Assembly: GCA_963698035.1 (NCBI GenBank)
Contig: OY969114.1
Coordinates: forward strand, 270,001 to 302,000
Direction of reading: 5' to 3'
From: Candidatus Saccharimonadota bacterium
GTDB taxonomy: Archaea > Micrarchaeota > Micrarchaeia > Micrarchaeales > Micrarchaeaceae
Length of the DNA stretch: 32,000 bases
This document shows positions 1-8,367 of the stretch, one piece after another. Numbering within the stretch: the stretch's first letter is position 1; every line of letters begins with the position of its first letter. The notes below the pieces were generated by a model. It was not told where the DNA came from. It did not search any database and saw nothing but the letters and a program-made list of their open reading frames with translations. Both the position numbers and the translations under genes were made by a program.

Positions 1-402
1 GGCATAGAGCTAGGCTGCATCATTAAGAGGCATAAGTCGGAAGAGATTGCAGGCAACTACTTAGAAGGCGAAACCATTGGCACAATAAATAGGAGGCGGA
101 AATACATTGTAGTGCAAAAAATTGGAACTGGTAATACCTATTCCATACAGGTAGATACGAGCACATGCATGGGGCAGCGGCTCTTCCAATTGGAGATCGA
201 GGGCCAGCCTTCAAGCCCAGGAGCCGAGAAAGAGGCAATCGAGGACATAACTTTGCTTGCTGCCTTTTTGCTCAAAAAATATCCATTCTTAAGCCCGACG
301 AAGCTGACGAAGAGAAAATGGCTAAACGATATGATTTTTAATATGCAATCCGAAGGGCTATTGAGGGGGGTAACATGCCAGGGCAAGAACAGCAGACTAT
401 AG
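1..402 (+). CDS. hypothetical protein, 5'-truncated by the window edge (C-terminal ~133 aa)
   Basis: Frame +1 is open from base 1 to the TAG at 400-402 (134 codons). Codon usage looks host-like (ATA, AAG, GGC, GAG). The ORF track shows only the part after an internal start (112..402). No motif recognised. Confidence 0.45.
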   Translation, partial: GIELGCIIKRHKSEEIAGNYLEGETIGTINRRRKYIVVQKIGTGNTYSIQVDTSTCMGQRLFQLEIEGQPSSPGAEKEAIEDITLLAAFLLKKYPFLSPTKLTKRKWLNDMIFNMQSEGLLRGVTCQGKNSRL

Positions 403-1007
403 AAGTAGGCGGCCGTAAAGTCGATATGGAATACTCTAAGAGAGGTCATAGGATATGTGTGGTATTGGTGCACGGTTTGTACGGCGACATGCGCGGCAGG
501 TTGATCGAGAAGCTTTTCAACAGATTGAAGGGCGATTATGATGTGCTCAGGTTTAACTTCTCCTCCACTGGAAATCCAAAAAATATGGATACTAAAAAGT
601 GCGTGACGGAACTGGAAGCTATCGTGGATTTCTTCGGGAACAGGAATATAGTACTCGTTGGCAAGTCTTTTGGCGCCTACATATCCTCAATAGTTGCAGC
701 AGAGGAAAGATTTGATATTTTGGGCGTGATAGCCTTGGGCTACTATTTGCATGAAGAGGGCAAGCCTTCTGAGGTTTTTGACCAGAGCAGTGCTAGGACG
801 ATAAAGGTACCTTTTACCATTGTGAAGGGAACCAATGACTTATACTGCAATGAAAATGTACTAAAGAAAGAAATTCCCAATTGCAAATTGCACGTAATCG
901 GCAATGCAGACCATTCCTTTAAGCCAATTGCAAGCGGCACTAGCAGGGAAGATAATGAAGAAAAAGTCATCTCGCTTGTTGTGAAAGAGCTCAATAGCCT
1001 ACGCTAA
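375..1007 (+). CDS. alpha/beta-fold hydrolase (dienelactone-hydrolase / KANL3-Tex30-like)
   Basis: Oxyanion-type VVLVHG near the N-terminus, nucleophile elbow GKSFG (GxSxG), later TNDLY Asp and GNADHSF His. About 200 aa, typical for the minimal fold. Start uncertain (ATG 375 overlaps the upstream ORF; ATG 426 is an alternative). Confidence 0.7.
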   Translation: MPGQEQQTIEVGGRKVDMEYSKRGHRICVVLVHGLYGDMRGRLIEKLFNRLKGDYDVLRFNFSSTGNPKNMDTKKCVTELEAIVDFFGNRNIVLVGKSFGAYISSIVAAEERFDILGVIALGYYLHEEGKPSEVFDQSSARTIKVPFTIVKGTNDLYCNENVLKKEIPNCKLHVIGNADHSFKPIASGTSREDNEEKVISLVVKELNSLR

Positions 1008-1152
1008 GGCAACTGAAACTGGCCCCTTTTGGACCCAGCTGCCTAATCAATTTTGATATATTCATTGGCATTGTCAGTTGCCTTCCTTATCCCATTCAAT
1101 ACCTCACCGTTATCAGAAACCCATACGTGGATACACTTGACCTTTGGTAAGA

Positions 1153-1224
1153 TGGACTCTGCGGGAATCGAACCCGCAATCTTCCGCTTGCAAAGCGGAC
1201 GCTTTACCATTAAGCCAAGAGCCC
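1153..1224 (-). tRNA. tRNA-Ala (anticodon UGC)
   Basis: Hand-folded cloverleaf, 72 nt. Acceptor GGGCUCU/AGAGUCC with the G3:U70 alanine identity pair, D stem GCUU/AAGC, anticodon stem UCCGC/GCGGA, loop UUUGCAA, T arm GCGGG-UUCGAUU-CCCGC, discriminator A. CCA is not encoded. Confidence 0.9.
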
Positions 1225-1415
1225 TTTTTAACTATCGGACATCTAGATTTATTATCTTATACATTTAAAGTTATCTCTTAACATTTGGGATTCTGCGGCG
1301 AAGACAAAAGCATTTATGCAGGGCAGGAGGACGTAATCCAGAAGAAGATAATAGCTGTTGTGATGCTCGGCACGATGATGGGCGCCTTGCGCCATATGCT
1401 GTAGCTTTTAAGAAT

Positions 1416-1790
1416 TTAGCGCCTTCGTTTTGGCTTGCCCATTTTCCTAGATTTCTTCGCCTTCCTCTTCCTAATTGGTTTATGCCTTCTTGCAGGCTTT
1501 GCCTTCCGCTTTCTAGGCGGACTTCTTGCTGCCCTTTTAGGGGTGCGCGCCTGCGTAGTGGAATACGCAGTCATTCTCTCAACTGTTTGGATGTCCTTTC
1601 CGCGCTCGATGTTTATCTTGCTTAGCATATCGTCGACTACGCTGTCGCTGACCGTCTCCGAGTCCCTTGCAGAATTAGAGAGGAGCGCATTTTCCATGTC
1701 GCTCGTCTTCATCATCTCATTGAGCGACCCGAGCATCTTTATTCTCTCCACTTCGCCTGAGTACTTGCCGTGCCCTCTCTTTTTTGCCAT
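1416..1790 (-). CDS. hypothetical small protein with an extremely basic C-terminal tail
   Basis: 124-aa ORF. The last ~45 aa are almost entirely K/R/P (PKRAARSPPRKRKAKPARRHKPIRKRKAKKSRKMGKPKRRR), preceded by an acidic/helical region. Last gene of a co-directional run behind the beta-CASP gene. No known motif. Confidence 0.5.
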   Translation of the reverse strand: MAKKRGHGKYSGEVERIKMLGSLNEMMKTSDMENALLSNSARDSETVSDSVVDDMLSKINIERGKDIQTVERMTAYSTTQARTPKRAARSPPRKRKAKPARRHKPIRKRKAKKSRKMGKPKRRR

Positions 1791-1871
1791 TGGTTTAACC
1801 CCACATTTTGCAATCTTCGTAATTGAGGTTATTTATTACTTTCGTAGGTGGGCTGCTTGCAGGGTCAAGAA

Positions 1872-3182
1872 TCAGATATCGAACTCCTCGGTCAGCATCG
1901 GCACTCTTGCATTGTACTTCTTGGAGGCGTATTCCCTGAAATCCCTTGATTTCGTTATCTCGCCGTGCACTATGAAAACGTTCTGCAGCCCCTTTACCTT
2001 GCTGAGAAGGTTTTCAAGTTGCGGCCGGTCTGCGTGAGCCGATAGGTGGTATGTTTCCACGTTCATCTCTATCTTTATCTCCGAATCATCGAGCATCACC
2101 TTCTTTGCGCCCCCCTGCAGCGCCCTTCCCATCGTCCCTATCGCTTGGTATCCGACGAGGATCAGCTTGTTGGCGGAGTTCTTCGACAGCTTCGGAAGGT
2201 AGAACATGACCGGGCCGCCGCTGAGCATCCCGCTGGTCGTTACTATTATGCAGCTATCGTTATCGTTCACTATCTTGTTCCTCATCGATTTCCTGTCTAC
2301 TATCACGAAGTTGGGGCTCTTGAAGGGATCGTAGTCGCTCATCAGTATCTTGCTCTGCAGCTCCTTCCTGCAGTAGATCACGTTGTGCCTGTGTATCCTC
2401 AGCGCCTTGCTTATCATCCCATCGACGTAGATCGGCACCTTGGGCAGGATCCCCGAGTTTATGTAGTCGTCAAGCAGGAAGAGCACCTCCTGCGCCCTCC
2501 CAACTGCGAAGCTTGGTATCAGCACCTTGCCTCCCTTTAGGAGCGTCTCCTTCATGCTCTTCAGCATCAATTGCGTAACGTGCTTCTCGTTAGGGAAAAT
2601 GTCCGTCTTTGCAGCGTAGGTGCTCTCTGTTATTAGCGTGTCGGCTGCCAAGTTCCTCAGCTCTGCGCCCTCAAGCAGCCTCGTCTTCGAGAGGTTTATG
2701 TCTCCAGTGTATGCAATCCTGTTTCTGCCGTCGCTTACCTGTATCAGGGCGCTGCCGAGTATGTGCCCGGCCGGCGTGAACCTCAGGGTGAGGTCCTTAA
2801 ACTTTATGTCGCGCCCGTATTCCACTATCTTGGCGTGCTTCGCCATCTCCTCTACGCCCTTCTTCGTGACGCTTGTCGGGTTAGATATCCTGAGATAGTC
2901 GCTCACCAGCACGTTGGTCAGCTCGAGCGTTGGCTTTATGGCAAAATGCTGCCCTTTGTAGCCGGCCGAATAAAGGTGCGGTATAAAACCGCAGTGATCG
3001 AGGTGCGCGTGCGATAGAAAAATCCCGTCCAGCGACCTAAGCTGGTCATCGCTTATCTTCGGGTATTCTATCTTCTCGCCAAGCTTCACTCCCGAATCGA
3101 GGAGTATATTTGTTTGCTTCGTACTTATCATTATGCAGCTTCGGCCTACCTCGCCTGCTGCTCCTAGAAATGAGATTTTCAT
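1872..3182 (-). CDS. beta-CASP metallo-beta-lactamase ribonuclease, KH-less (aCPSF2-like)
   Basis: MBL motifs LLDSG, HAHLDHCG, AGHILGS and YTGD. beta-CASP motifs ESTY (A), LSAHAD (B) and VHGE (C). Start moved to MKISFLGAAGEVGRS (ATG 3182), because the track start at 3239 would overlap the upstream gene, which ends at 3199. Confidence 0.85.
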   Translation of the reverse strand: MKISFLGAAGEVGRSCIMISTKQTNILLDSGVKLGEKIEYPKISDDQLRSLDGIFLSHAHLDHCGFIPHLYSAGYKGQHFAIKPTLELTNVLVSDYLRISNPTSVTKKGVEEMAKHAKIVEYGRDIKFKDLTLRFTPAGHILGSALIQVSDGRNRIAYTGDINLSKTRLLEGAELRNLAADTLITESTYAAKTDIFPNEKHVTQLMLKSMKETLLKGGKVLIPSFAVGRAQEVLFLLDDYINSGILPKVPIYVDGMISKALRIHRHNVIYCRKELQSKILMSDYDPFKSPNFVIVDRKSMRNKIVNDNDSCIIVTTSGMLSGGPVMFYLPKLSKNSANKLILVGYQAIGTMGRALQGGAKKVMLDDSEIKIEMNVETYHLSAHADRPQLENLLSKVKGLQNVFIVHGEITKSRDFREYASKKYNARVPMLTEEFDI

Positions 3183-3198
3183 AAAATTACACTTTTTG

Positions 3199-3906
3199 TT
3201 ATATGTTTTCCTGTGCTGTGGGAACTGATCCCTTTGCATCCTTCTTTTTTATTATTACTATGTCTTCGAGGTTTATCTCGGCCTGCCTCTGCTGCAGCTT
3301 GGGCCTGGATTGGCCCTGCTCTTTTGGCCTCTGCCTCCCTATACCCAGTATCCTCCTTACGCTTGCGTAGAGCTCGTCAAGCTTTGTATCTGTCTGCACT
3401 ATCTCGGCCACCAGGGCGTTGAGCCTTGTCTGAAATTCCACTATGTCCTTTGCTACGAGGCCTTTCTTGCGCTCCATCCTCTCCAGCTTCATGCCCTCCT
3501 CTATCTGGGCGTTGAGCTCGTTTATCTTCCTTACGAAGGCCTTCTCCTGTGCGAGCGACGGTGCCTCTGTTGATACCTTGAACTCGAGAGCGTGCCTCTG
3601 CCTCTTAAGCTTGCCCATGATAGGCCTTGGCTTCCCGGATTTTTCCTTCTGCCTCTCCATCTCCAGAAGCTGCGTTATCGCCTCCTGCTCGGTGCTCTTG
3701 TAGTTCAGTCTTCGTTGGCACTCCCTGATCCTGCCCATCTGGTCGCTTCTCTGCTTCTTCAGCAGGTCTATCTGCGTCTTGAGCTCCTGCACCCTTACAT
3801 CTTCCGAGCTCTTTATCAGGCTACCGAGGGTCTGCGCTCCGCTACCGTTGTTTTGATCCCTAGAATCAGGCCTTCCGGTCTGGCCCTCGTGAGCCGGGCC
3901 CTTCAC
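3199..3906 (-). CDS. coiled-coil protein (resembles the archaeal COG1340-type uncharacterised coiled-coil family)
   Basis: 235 aa, heptad-rich and K/E/Q/R-rich throughout (e.g. SLAQEKAFVRKINELNAQIEEGMKLERMERKK). GTG start. Sits 16 nt upstream of the beta-CASP gene on the same strand. Family assignment is from memory only. Confidence 0.5.
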   Translation of the reverse strand: MKGPAHEGQTGRPDSRDQNNGSGAQTLGSLIKSSEDVRVQELKTQIDLLKKQRSDQMGRIRECQRRLNYKSTEQEAITQLLEMERQKEKSGKPRPIMGKLKRQRHALEFKVSTEAPSLAQEKAFVRKINELNAQIEEGMKLERMERKKGLVAKDIVEFQTRLNALVAEIVQTDTKLDELYASVRRILGIGRQRPKEQGQSRPKLQQRQAEINLEDIVIIKKKDAKGSVPTAQENI

Positions 3907-3950
3907 ACTTTCATTTTCGGTCAGTGAATCGCCTTAACTGCTTGATCTTG

Positions 3951-5126
3951 TCAGATATAGCCACCCGAGATAATCTGCCTGTATACATTTAATAATATAT
4001 CTGTGGTCTTCGGAACGGAATAGAGGTCCGCGGTACTTACGGTTTCCTTGTAGGAGTCGAGATTATTTAAGACCTTTTCTATCTTCCTTGCGCAGGCGGC
4101 GCTGTCGCCCGCCTTGAACTTCTCCCCGTTCCTGCCATTCCTTATTATCTCCTTTATCGCAAGGAAGTCTGCACCCACTACGGGTTTGCCAGTAGCCAGC
4201 GCCTCGAGCAGCACCACCCCCTGCGTCTCGAACGTGGAGGCCGTGCAGAAGAGGTCGGCAGCCGCATAGTACTTGGGAAGTTGCTCCTCTGGGACGAAGC
4301 CGAGGAATCTTACCGAATCCCTGAGCCCGTAGCGGAACGCCATCTGCTGGTACCTGTGCAGTGCGGGACCGGAGCCGGCAAAGACAAACTTTATCCCCTT
4401 CCCTTTGAGGCGCGCTGCTGCCTTTATTATTACATCGACCCTCTTTTCCCTGCTCATCCTACCGACATGCAATACTATCCTGTCCTTTCTGTTCCTGGTC
4501 ATCATCCTTTTTACTCTGTCGCCGTTAACTTCGGGGTTGAAGACCCTTGTGTCTACGCTGTTGGGCACGACGCTTATATTGTTTATCCGGTGCCTCTTCA
4601 GGACATTCTTGGCGGTCTCGCTGGGGGCGATCACCCTGTCGCACCTGTTGAAGAAGAACCTTGCGTAGGGCCACGAGTACCGGTTTATCACCCTCTGGCC
4701 GAGATTGCTTGAGAGACCGTAATCCTCGAGCACGCTCCTGTTTGCGAAGAAGGTGTGGAACGTGGCCGCAATCGGTATCCTGTTTATCTTTGCCATTGAG
4801 AGGCCCGATATTCCCATCATGAAAGGGGTATGCGCGTGCATCACATCGGGATTTATCTTTGTAAGTTTAGCGGCCGCCAAGAAGGGAAAGAGGGCCATCC
4901 TGTATTGAGGGTACTTCTTGAACTTCACGCCGTGCACGGCGTAGACATTCCTCTCTATCTCGGTAAAAGGTTTTGATATGCTCGAAGAGGTGGTGAATAT
5001 AGATACATGGTGGCCCCTGCGCTCGAGTTCCTTCTTCGAGTTTATTATGGACGTTACAACGCCGTCGACAGCCGGCAGGTACGTATCTGTATAGAATGCG
5101 ATCTTCAAAGATTCAGACATGTTCAA
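3951..5126 (-). CDS. glycosyltransferase family 4 (GT-B, retaining type)
   Basis: N-terminal KIAFYTDTYLPAVDGV. C-terminal E-x7-E signature in STFETQGVVLLEALATGKPVV. 391 aa. Confidence 0.85.
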   Translation of the reverse strand: MNMSESLKIAFYTDTYLPAVDGVVTSIINSKKELERRGHHVSIFTTSSSISKPFTEIERNVYAVHGVKFKKYPQYRMALFPFLAAAKLTKINPDVMHAHTPFMMGISGLSMAKINRIPIAATFHTFFANRSVLEDYGLSSNLGQRVINRYSWPYARFFFNRCDRVIAPSETAKNVLKRHRINNISVVPNSVDTRVFNPEVNGDRVKRMMTRNRKDRIVLHVGRMSREKRVDVIIKAAARLKGKGIKFVFAGSGPALHRYQQMAFRYGLRDSVRFLGFVPEEQLPKYYAAADLFCTASTFETQGVVLLEALATGKPVVGADFLAIKEIIRNGRNGEKFKAGDSAACARKIEKVLNNLDSYKETVSTADLYSVPKTTDILLNVYRQIISGGYI

Positions 5127-5145
5127 CCACGTCCCGTGTGGGAGG

Positions 5146-5550
5146 TTACTTTATTATTACTGCCTCGCCTCCGGCACCCTTTATCTTTTCGACTGCTGCC
5201 TTTGAGAACTTGGAAGCCCTTATCGTCACCGGCGCACTAAGGCTGCCGTTGCTCAGGACCTTGTAGTTTGGCAGCTCTATCGGCTGCTTTGTATCCTTGC
5301 CGACAACCATCGCACTTATCTGCATGAGGTTTATCTCGTTCAGCCTCTTCCTATTCCACGGGCTGAAGCCCTTCTTGTGCATCTCCTCCCTTGCCTTTGA
5401 GGTCATGTAGGTGAAGTTGTGCTTCCTTGTTCCTGCGCGACCTACGCCCCCGCGGTCTCCTGCGCCCCTTGCGTTCTTGATGTTGCCGACTCCCCATCTC
5501 CTTGATCCAAGGTACTTCCTTGCGTGCTTCTGCTTTCTTACGACCATCAC
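5146..5550 (-). CDS. rpl15: 50S ribosomal protein uL15 (L15P/L27Ae)
   Basis: Gly/Arg-rich N-terminus ARGAGDRGGVGRAGTRKHNFTY, 134 aa, directly downstream of uL30 with a 4-nt overlap. Confidence 0.9.
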   Translation of the reverse strand: MMVVRKQKHARKYLGSRRWGVGNIKNARGAGDRGGVGRAGTRKHNFTYMTSKAREEMHKKGFSPWNRKRLNEINLMQISAMVVGKDTKQPIELPNYKVLSNGSLSAPVTIRASKFSKAAVEKIKGAGGEAVIIK

Positions 5551-5984
5551 TTCACCATTCTCTGGAGTAGCTTGTTTATACTCGGACCCATGTAGCCCAG
5601 CGAGCCGCCCTGCTTCACGCTCCTCTTGGTGCTCTTGTATCCGTGCCTCGGGGGGTGAAGCCTGAAAGGCAGGCTCTTCTTCAGCTCCTTCATGTCATAC
5701 TTGCCCTCCATGATCTGCTTGGGGTCGGCCTTTATACCAGCGCCGTTTATCAGCCTTGTTAGCGTGGGCTCGTCTATCTCCCCATATGTAATGTAGTTGC
5801 TGCATTCCTTTATCATGCCGTAGTAGGAGTCGGTCATCTTCATCACGACGCAGTTATTGACCCTCTTGAGCCTGAGCCTGTTGAGCGTCTCCGTTATGTC
5901 GTGTCTGACGTTGACCCTGCCACGGACTCTGACGGCTGCTATTAGCTTATTATCAAGTTGATTTACCATGAAAACACGAGTCAT
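5547..5984 (-). CDS. rpl30: 50S ribosomal protein uL30 (L30P/L7e)
   Basis: AAVRVRGRVNVRHDITETLNRLRLKRVNNCVV is the canonical uL30 core. The start may be the second ATG (5969). Confidence 0.9.
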   Translation of the reverse strand: MTRVFMVNQLDNKLIAAVRVRGRVNVRHDITETLNRLRLKRVNNCVVMKMTDSYYGMIKECSNYITYGEIDEPTLTRLINGAGIKADPKQIMEGKYDMKELKKSLPFRLHPPRHGYKSTKRSVKQGGSLGYMGPSINKLLQRMVK

Positions 5985-6068
5985 TGCTTAGATGTGTGTA
6001 TGTACTACTCTATTGGCAAAGAAGCATTTTAAAGGTATTGGCTATGCCGCGTTTAGCGACAAGAACGA

Positions 6069-6170
6069 TTAGTTCTTGTTCACTGGCGCGAGTATTCCTC
6101 CTATCAAGGCGAGGATGAAGCCGATTATGAAGCCGCCTCCGCTTATGAGGCTTATTATGGCGAATATCAT
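6069..6170 (-). CDS. candidate 33-aa single-pass membrane peptide (not in the ORF track)
   Basis: ATG...TAA encodes MIFAIISLISGGGFIIGFILALIGGILAPVNKN, a Gly-zipper-like hydrophobic helix. Its codons are host-like (ATA, TTC, GGC, AAG, AAC). The overlapping 65-aa track ORF (6010..6207) is His/Arg-rich with mostly T-ending codons. Confidence 0.4.
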   Translation of the reverse strand: MIFAIISLISGGGFIIGFILALIGGILAPVNKN

Positions 6171-6235
6171 GCCAGCTATGCCTTTCGCGATTGGGCTTGC
6201 GTATCAAAACTTCCGCTAGTCCTGCCCGGGTGTTG

Positions 6236-6248
6236 CCTTTTTAAAATG
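6236..6248 (+). promoter_or_regulatory. TATA-like box (CCTTTTTAAAATG) ~35 nt upstream of the 6280 start
   Basis: AT-rich box in a 110-nt divergent intergenic region. The same spacing recurs at other genes in the window. Confidence 0.35.
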
Positions 6249-6279
6249 CTTTGATCTATTTGATAATGCGACCAGATGG

Positions 6280-6642
6280 GTGGAAAATTTGTATTACAGC
6301 GAGTACGATAGGGTAAAGAAGACGGAGAAGCTCCTTGAGCGGCTTGCATATATATCTGTGGGGTTGGACTTCGTAATCGCTCTTGCTTCATTATTGGTGC
6401 TAAGAGGCGCCGCCTTCTCGGGGCTCATGCTGACAATAAGCGGAGATCTGATACTAATCGAGATGATAGTCGTAAGTGTGATATTCGTCACGCTTATGGC
6501 GCTGAAGCATTACAGTAACATAATGGACAGCTTTGCCGGGGCGGCTTTCAAGAACGTCAAGATAAGGAAGGTTAGAAGGACCTTCAGGAGGGTACTGATA
6601 AACCCGTTCGTCTTATTGGGAAAGCTCTTCTCAAACAGCTAA
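6280..6642 (+). CDS. hypothetical membrane protein (2 predicted TM helices)
   Basis: 120 aa, GTG start. Hydrophobic segments YISVGLDFVIALASLLVL and LILIEMIVVSVIFVTLMAL, with a basic C-terminus. Confidence 0.5.
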   Translation: MENLYYSEYDRVKKTEKLLERLAYISVGLDFVIALASLLVLRGAAFSGLMLTISGDLILIEMIVVSVIFVTLMALKHYSNIMDSFAGAAFKNVKIRKVRRTFRRVLINPFVLLGKLFSNS

Positions 6643-7899
6643 CTATAGCATCTTCTGCTTCCATCCGCTTATGCTAACCTTGCCTCTATCCCTATTAAGA
6701 AGATCGACCTTGCCGAATACGCCGTCATAGCCTGGCTCTATGGTCACGTTGCTATCCCGCATATTCTTGATGGCCGTTGAGATTTCCTCTCCGAATTTGT
6801 CTGCAATCCTGTTTATGTCCATCGAGACCAATATCTCGTATTCTGTGCCCAACGAACGCACCATCTCGTCGTATGTATTTACTGCAAGTGTGGAATATGT
6901 ACTCTTCTTCATCACGTAAGCGACTACCTCGAGAAGCGGCACCGCCTTTACGAAAGGCGGGCGCCACTTTGCAACGTATCCAGGATCCCTGTCCGCAAGG
7001 TCGTTTACCCTGTGTAGCACCCCTATTACAAGCTTGCCGCCGCATTTTGGGCATTTGGTCATTCCTTTCTGTTTGTTGGGGTCTATCGACACATGGCATT
7101 GCCTGTGCCCATCGAAGTGGTACTTGCCCTCCTCTGGGAAGAACTCGACGGTGCCGGTGAACCTCCTGTTGTCCTTTTCCTTTATCGAGTTGAGCATTGA
7201 GCGGTAAGATACATCTTCAAGGTCGAACGTGGTCAGCTCCCGGCCGATCTTTGGAAGGGAGTGCATGTCGCTCGTTGATATGAGCGCGTACTTGTCAAGC
7301 GCAGAGAGCCTCCAGTTCATTGGAGAATCGGACGACAAGCCCATCTCAAGCGCGTATATGTGCTTTTCCTGGTCCTCGTACGCCTCTTTCATCGAGTCAA
7401 AACCTGATATCGCCCCGAAGACCCCAAAGTATGGAGTCCAAGCATGCGCAGGGAAGACAAACGCGTCCCTGTCGGCCCTTATTGCCATGTCAACCAGTTC
7501 GGCTGCGCTTATTGATATTATTGAACGCCCATCAGATGACAGGTCAGCATGTTTCGCCAGCATCTCGTTCATCGACGCGACAGAGTCGAGGCTCGGCATC
7601 AGTATGCAGTTGTGTATCTTTCTTACTCTGTCATGATCTCTTGATATGGTGCATACCTCCGCGCTAAGCACGAACTTGACGCCAGAAGAAGACCCCTTTA
7701 TGCAAAAGAAGCCCTTGCCATCCGTCTCTTCAAGCTGGAGCACTATCTCCTTCAGCCACGTTGGGTGGGTGAAATCGCCTGTCCCAATTAGATTTATACC
7801 CTTTTCGATGGCGGTCTGCTCCATGCCTTGCAGCGTAATCGCGGGGCTGCAGGCCCTTGCGAACCTTGAATGAACGTGCAGGTCGGATATTATCTTCAT
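6643..7899 (-). CDS. endonuclease Q-like PHP-domain phosphoesterase with Zn ribbon (COG1379 family)
   Basis: N-terminal PHP motif DLHVHSRF, then GTGDFTHPTW, EEGKYHFDGHRQC, Zn-ribbon CPKCGGKLVIGVLHRV and C-terminal PGYDGVFGKV. 418 aa. This matches my memory of EndoQ/YqxK-type proteins. Confidence 0.7.
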   Translation of the reverse strand: MKIISDLHVHSRFARACSPAITLQGMEQTAIEKGINLIGTGDFTHPTWLKEIVLQLEETDGKGFFCIKGSSSGVKFVLSAEVCTISRDHDRVRKIHNCILMPSLDSVASMNEMLAKHADLSSDGRSIISISAAELVDMAIRADRDAFVFPAHAWTPYFGVFGAISGFDSMKEAYEDQEKHIYALEMGLSSDSPMNWRLSALDKYALISTSDMHSLPKIGRELTTFDLEDVSYRSMLNSIKEKDNRRFTGTVEFFPEEGKYHFDGHRQCHVSIDPNKQKGMTKCPKCGGKLVIGVLHRVNDLADRDPGYVAKWRPPFVKAVPLLEVVAYVMKKSTYSTLAVNTYDEMVRSLGTEYEILVSMDINRIADKFGEEISTAIKNMRDSNVTIEPGYDGVFGKVDLLNRDRGKVSISGWKQKML

Positions 7900-7996
7900 C
7901 GCAATCCCTTTTTGACAAGAACCCTGTCGCCCCGTAGTCTGGTATCAACTCGGTCCTATAAATATCTTTTCGGAATGCGGAACAAAAAACTGAAAG

Positions 7997-8006
7997 CTTT
8001 AAAATC
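7997..8006 (+). promoter_or_regulatory. TATA-like box (CTTTAAAATC) ~33 nt upstream of ATG 8034
   Basis: Position and composition only. Confidence 0.35.
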
Positions 8007-8033
8007 TGACTTGTAATAGCTATTGAGATTACC

Positions 8034-8363
8034 ATGGAGGAAGACGCGCAAAGAGGGCTCTGCTTCCTGTCTTATGTACTTATGTTCATAACCGGCGTTA
8101 TAATCTACGTGATGTTTTCGCCGGAGGCCGATAGGGTCAAGTTCCATTCGGTACAGGCGAGCGTGCTGGGGGCGATAGCAGTAGTCTTGTACGTTGCGTT
8201 CTCAATAATCAGGGTGCCGGATTTCGGCACCCTTGTGCTATTCCTTATCTGGGCCTACGGAATGTACATAGGGTTTGAGGCGTACTGCGGCCACGATGTT
8301 CAAATACCACGCGTGACAAAATTCGCTACGGCTCATTCCGGCTACAAACCAGTTTTTGAATGA
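8034..8363 (+). CDS. small membrane protein, DUF4870 / Tic20-related-like
   Basis: 109 aa, three hydrophobic helices. KFHSVQAS resembles the conserved H-x-x-Q of that family. Confidence 0.5.
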   Translation: MEEDAQRGLCFLSYVLMFITGVIIYVMFSPEADRVKFHSVQASVLGAIAVVLYVAFSIIRVPDFGTLVLFLIWAYGMYIGFEAYCGHDVQIPRVTKFATAHSGYKPVFE

Positions 8364-8367
8364 TTAG

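Noticed and set aside
4-17. 14-nt exact repeat ATAGAGCTAGGCTG, also present at 15961-15974
   Set aside because: A handful of 14-mer coincidences is expected by chance in 32 kb on two strands. There is no extended similarity on either side and no associated mobile-element genes.
23-473. Minus-strand ORFs 23..238 and 138..473 at the left edge
   Set aside because: Plus-strand frame 1 is open from base 1 to 402 with better codon usage and continues into the window from upstream. The minus-strand ORFs overlap it and the hydrolase start.
1053-1268. 71-aa plus-strand ORF
   Set aside because: It runs straight through tRNA-Ala (1153-1224, minus strand) and its promoter region. The conserved-looking residues are just the tRNA sequence translated.
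1225-1415. Small ORFs in the 190-nt gap between tRNA-Ala and the basic-tail gene: a plus-strand TTG-started ~41 aa ORF ending IIAVVMLGTMMGALRHML, and a minus-strand ATG 1395 ORF of ~49 aa
   Set aside because: The two candidates are mutually exclusive. One needs a TTG start, and the other runs over the tRNA-Ala promoter. There is no motif support. Not enough evidence to call either, though the gap is worth a transcriptome look.
1435-2037. Long antisense ORFs opposite real genes: 1435..2037, 2046..2540, 4281..4712, 9128..9616, 13253..13843, 16509..17000, 19274..19786, 20947..21654 and 23267..23845
   Set aside because: Each lies entirely within a confidently identified gene on the other strand. 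The products are low-complexity or Leu/Ser/Arg/His-rich with non-host codon usage. They are shadow ORFs created by the AAG/GAG/ATA-rich coding strand.
6010-6207. 65-aa His/Arg-rich minus-strand ORF
   Set aside because: The composition is implausible and the codons are mostly T-ending. A different frame in the same interval gives a much more credible 33-aa TM peptide (6069-6170).
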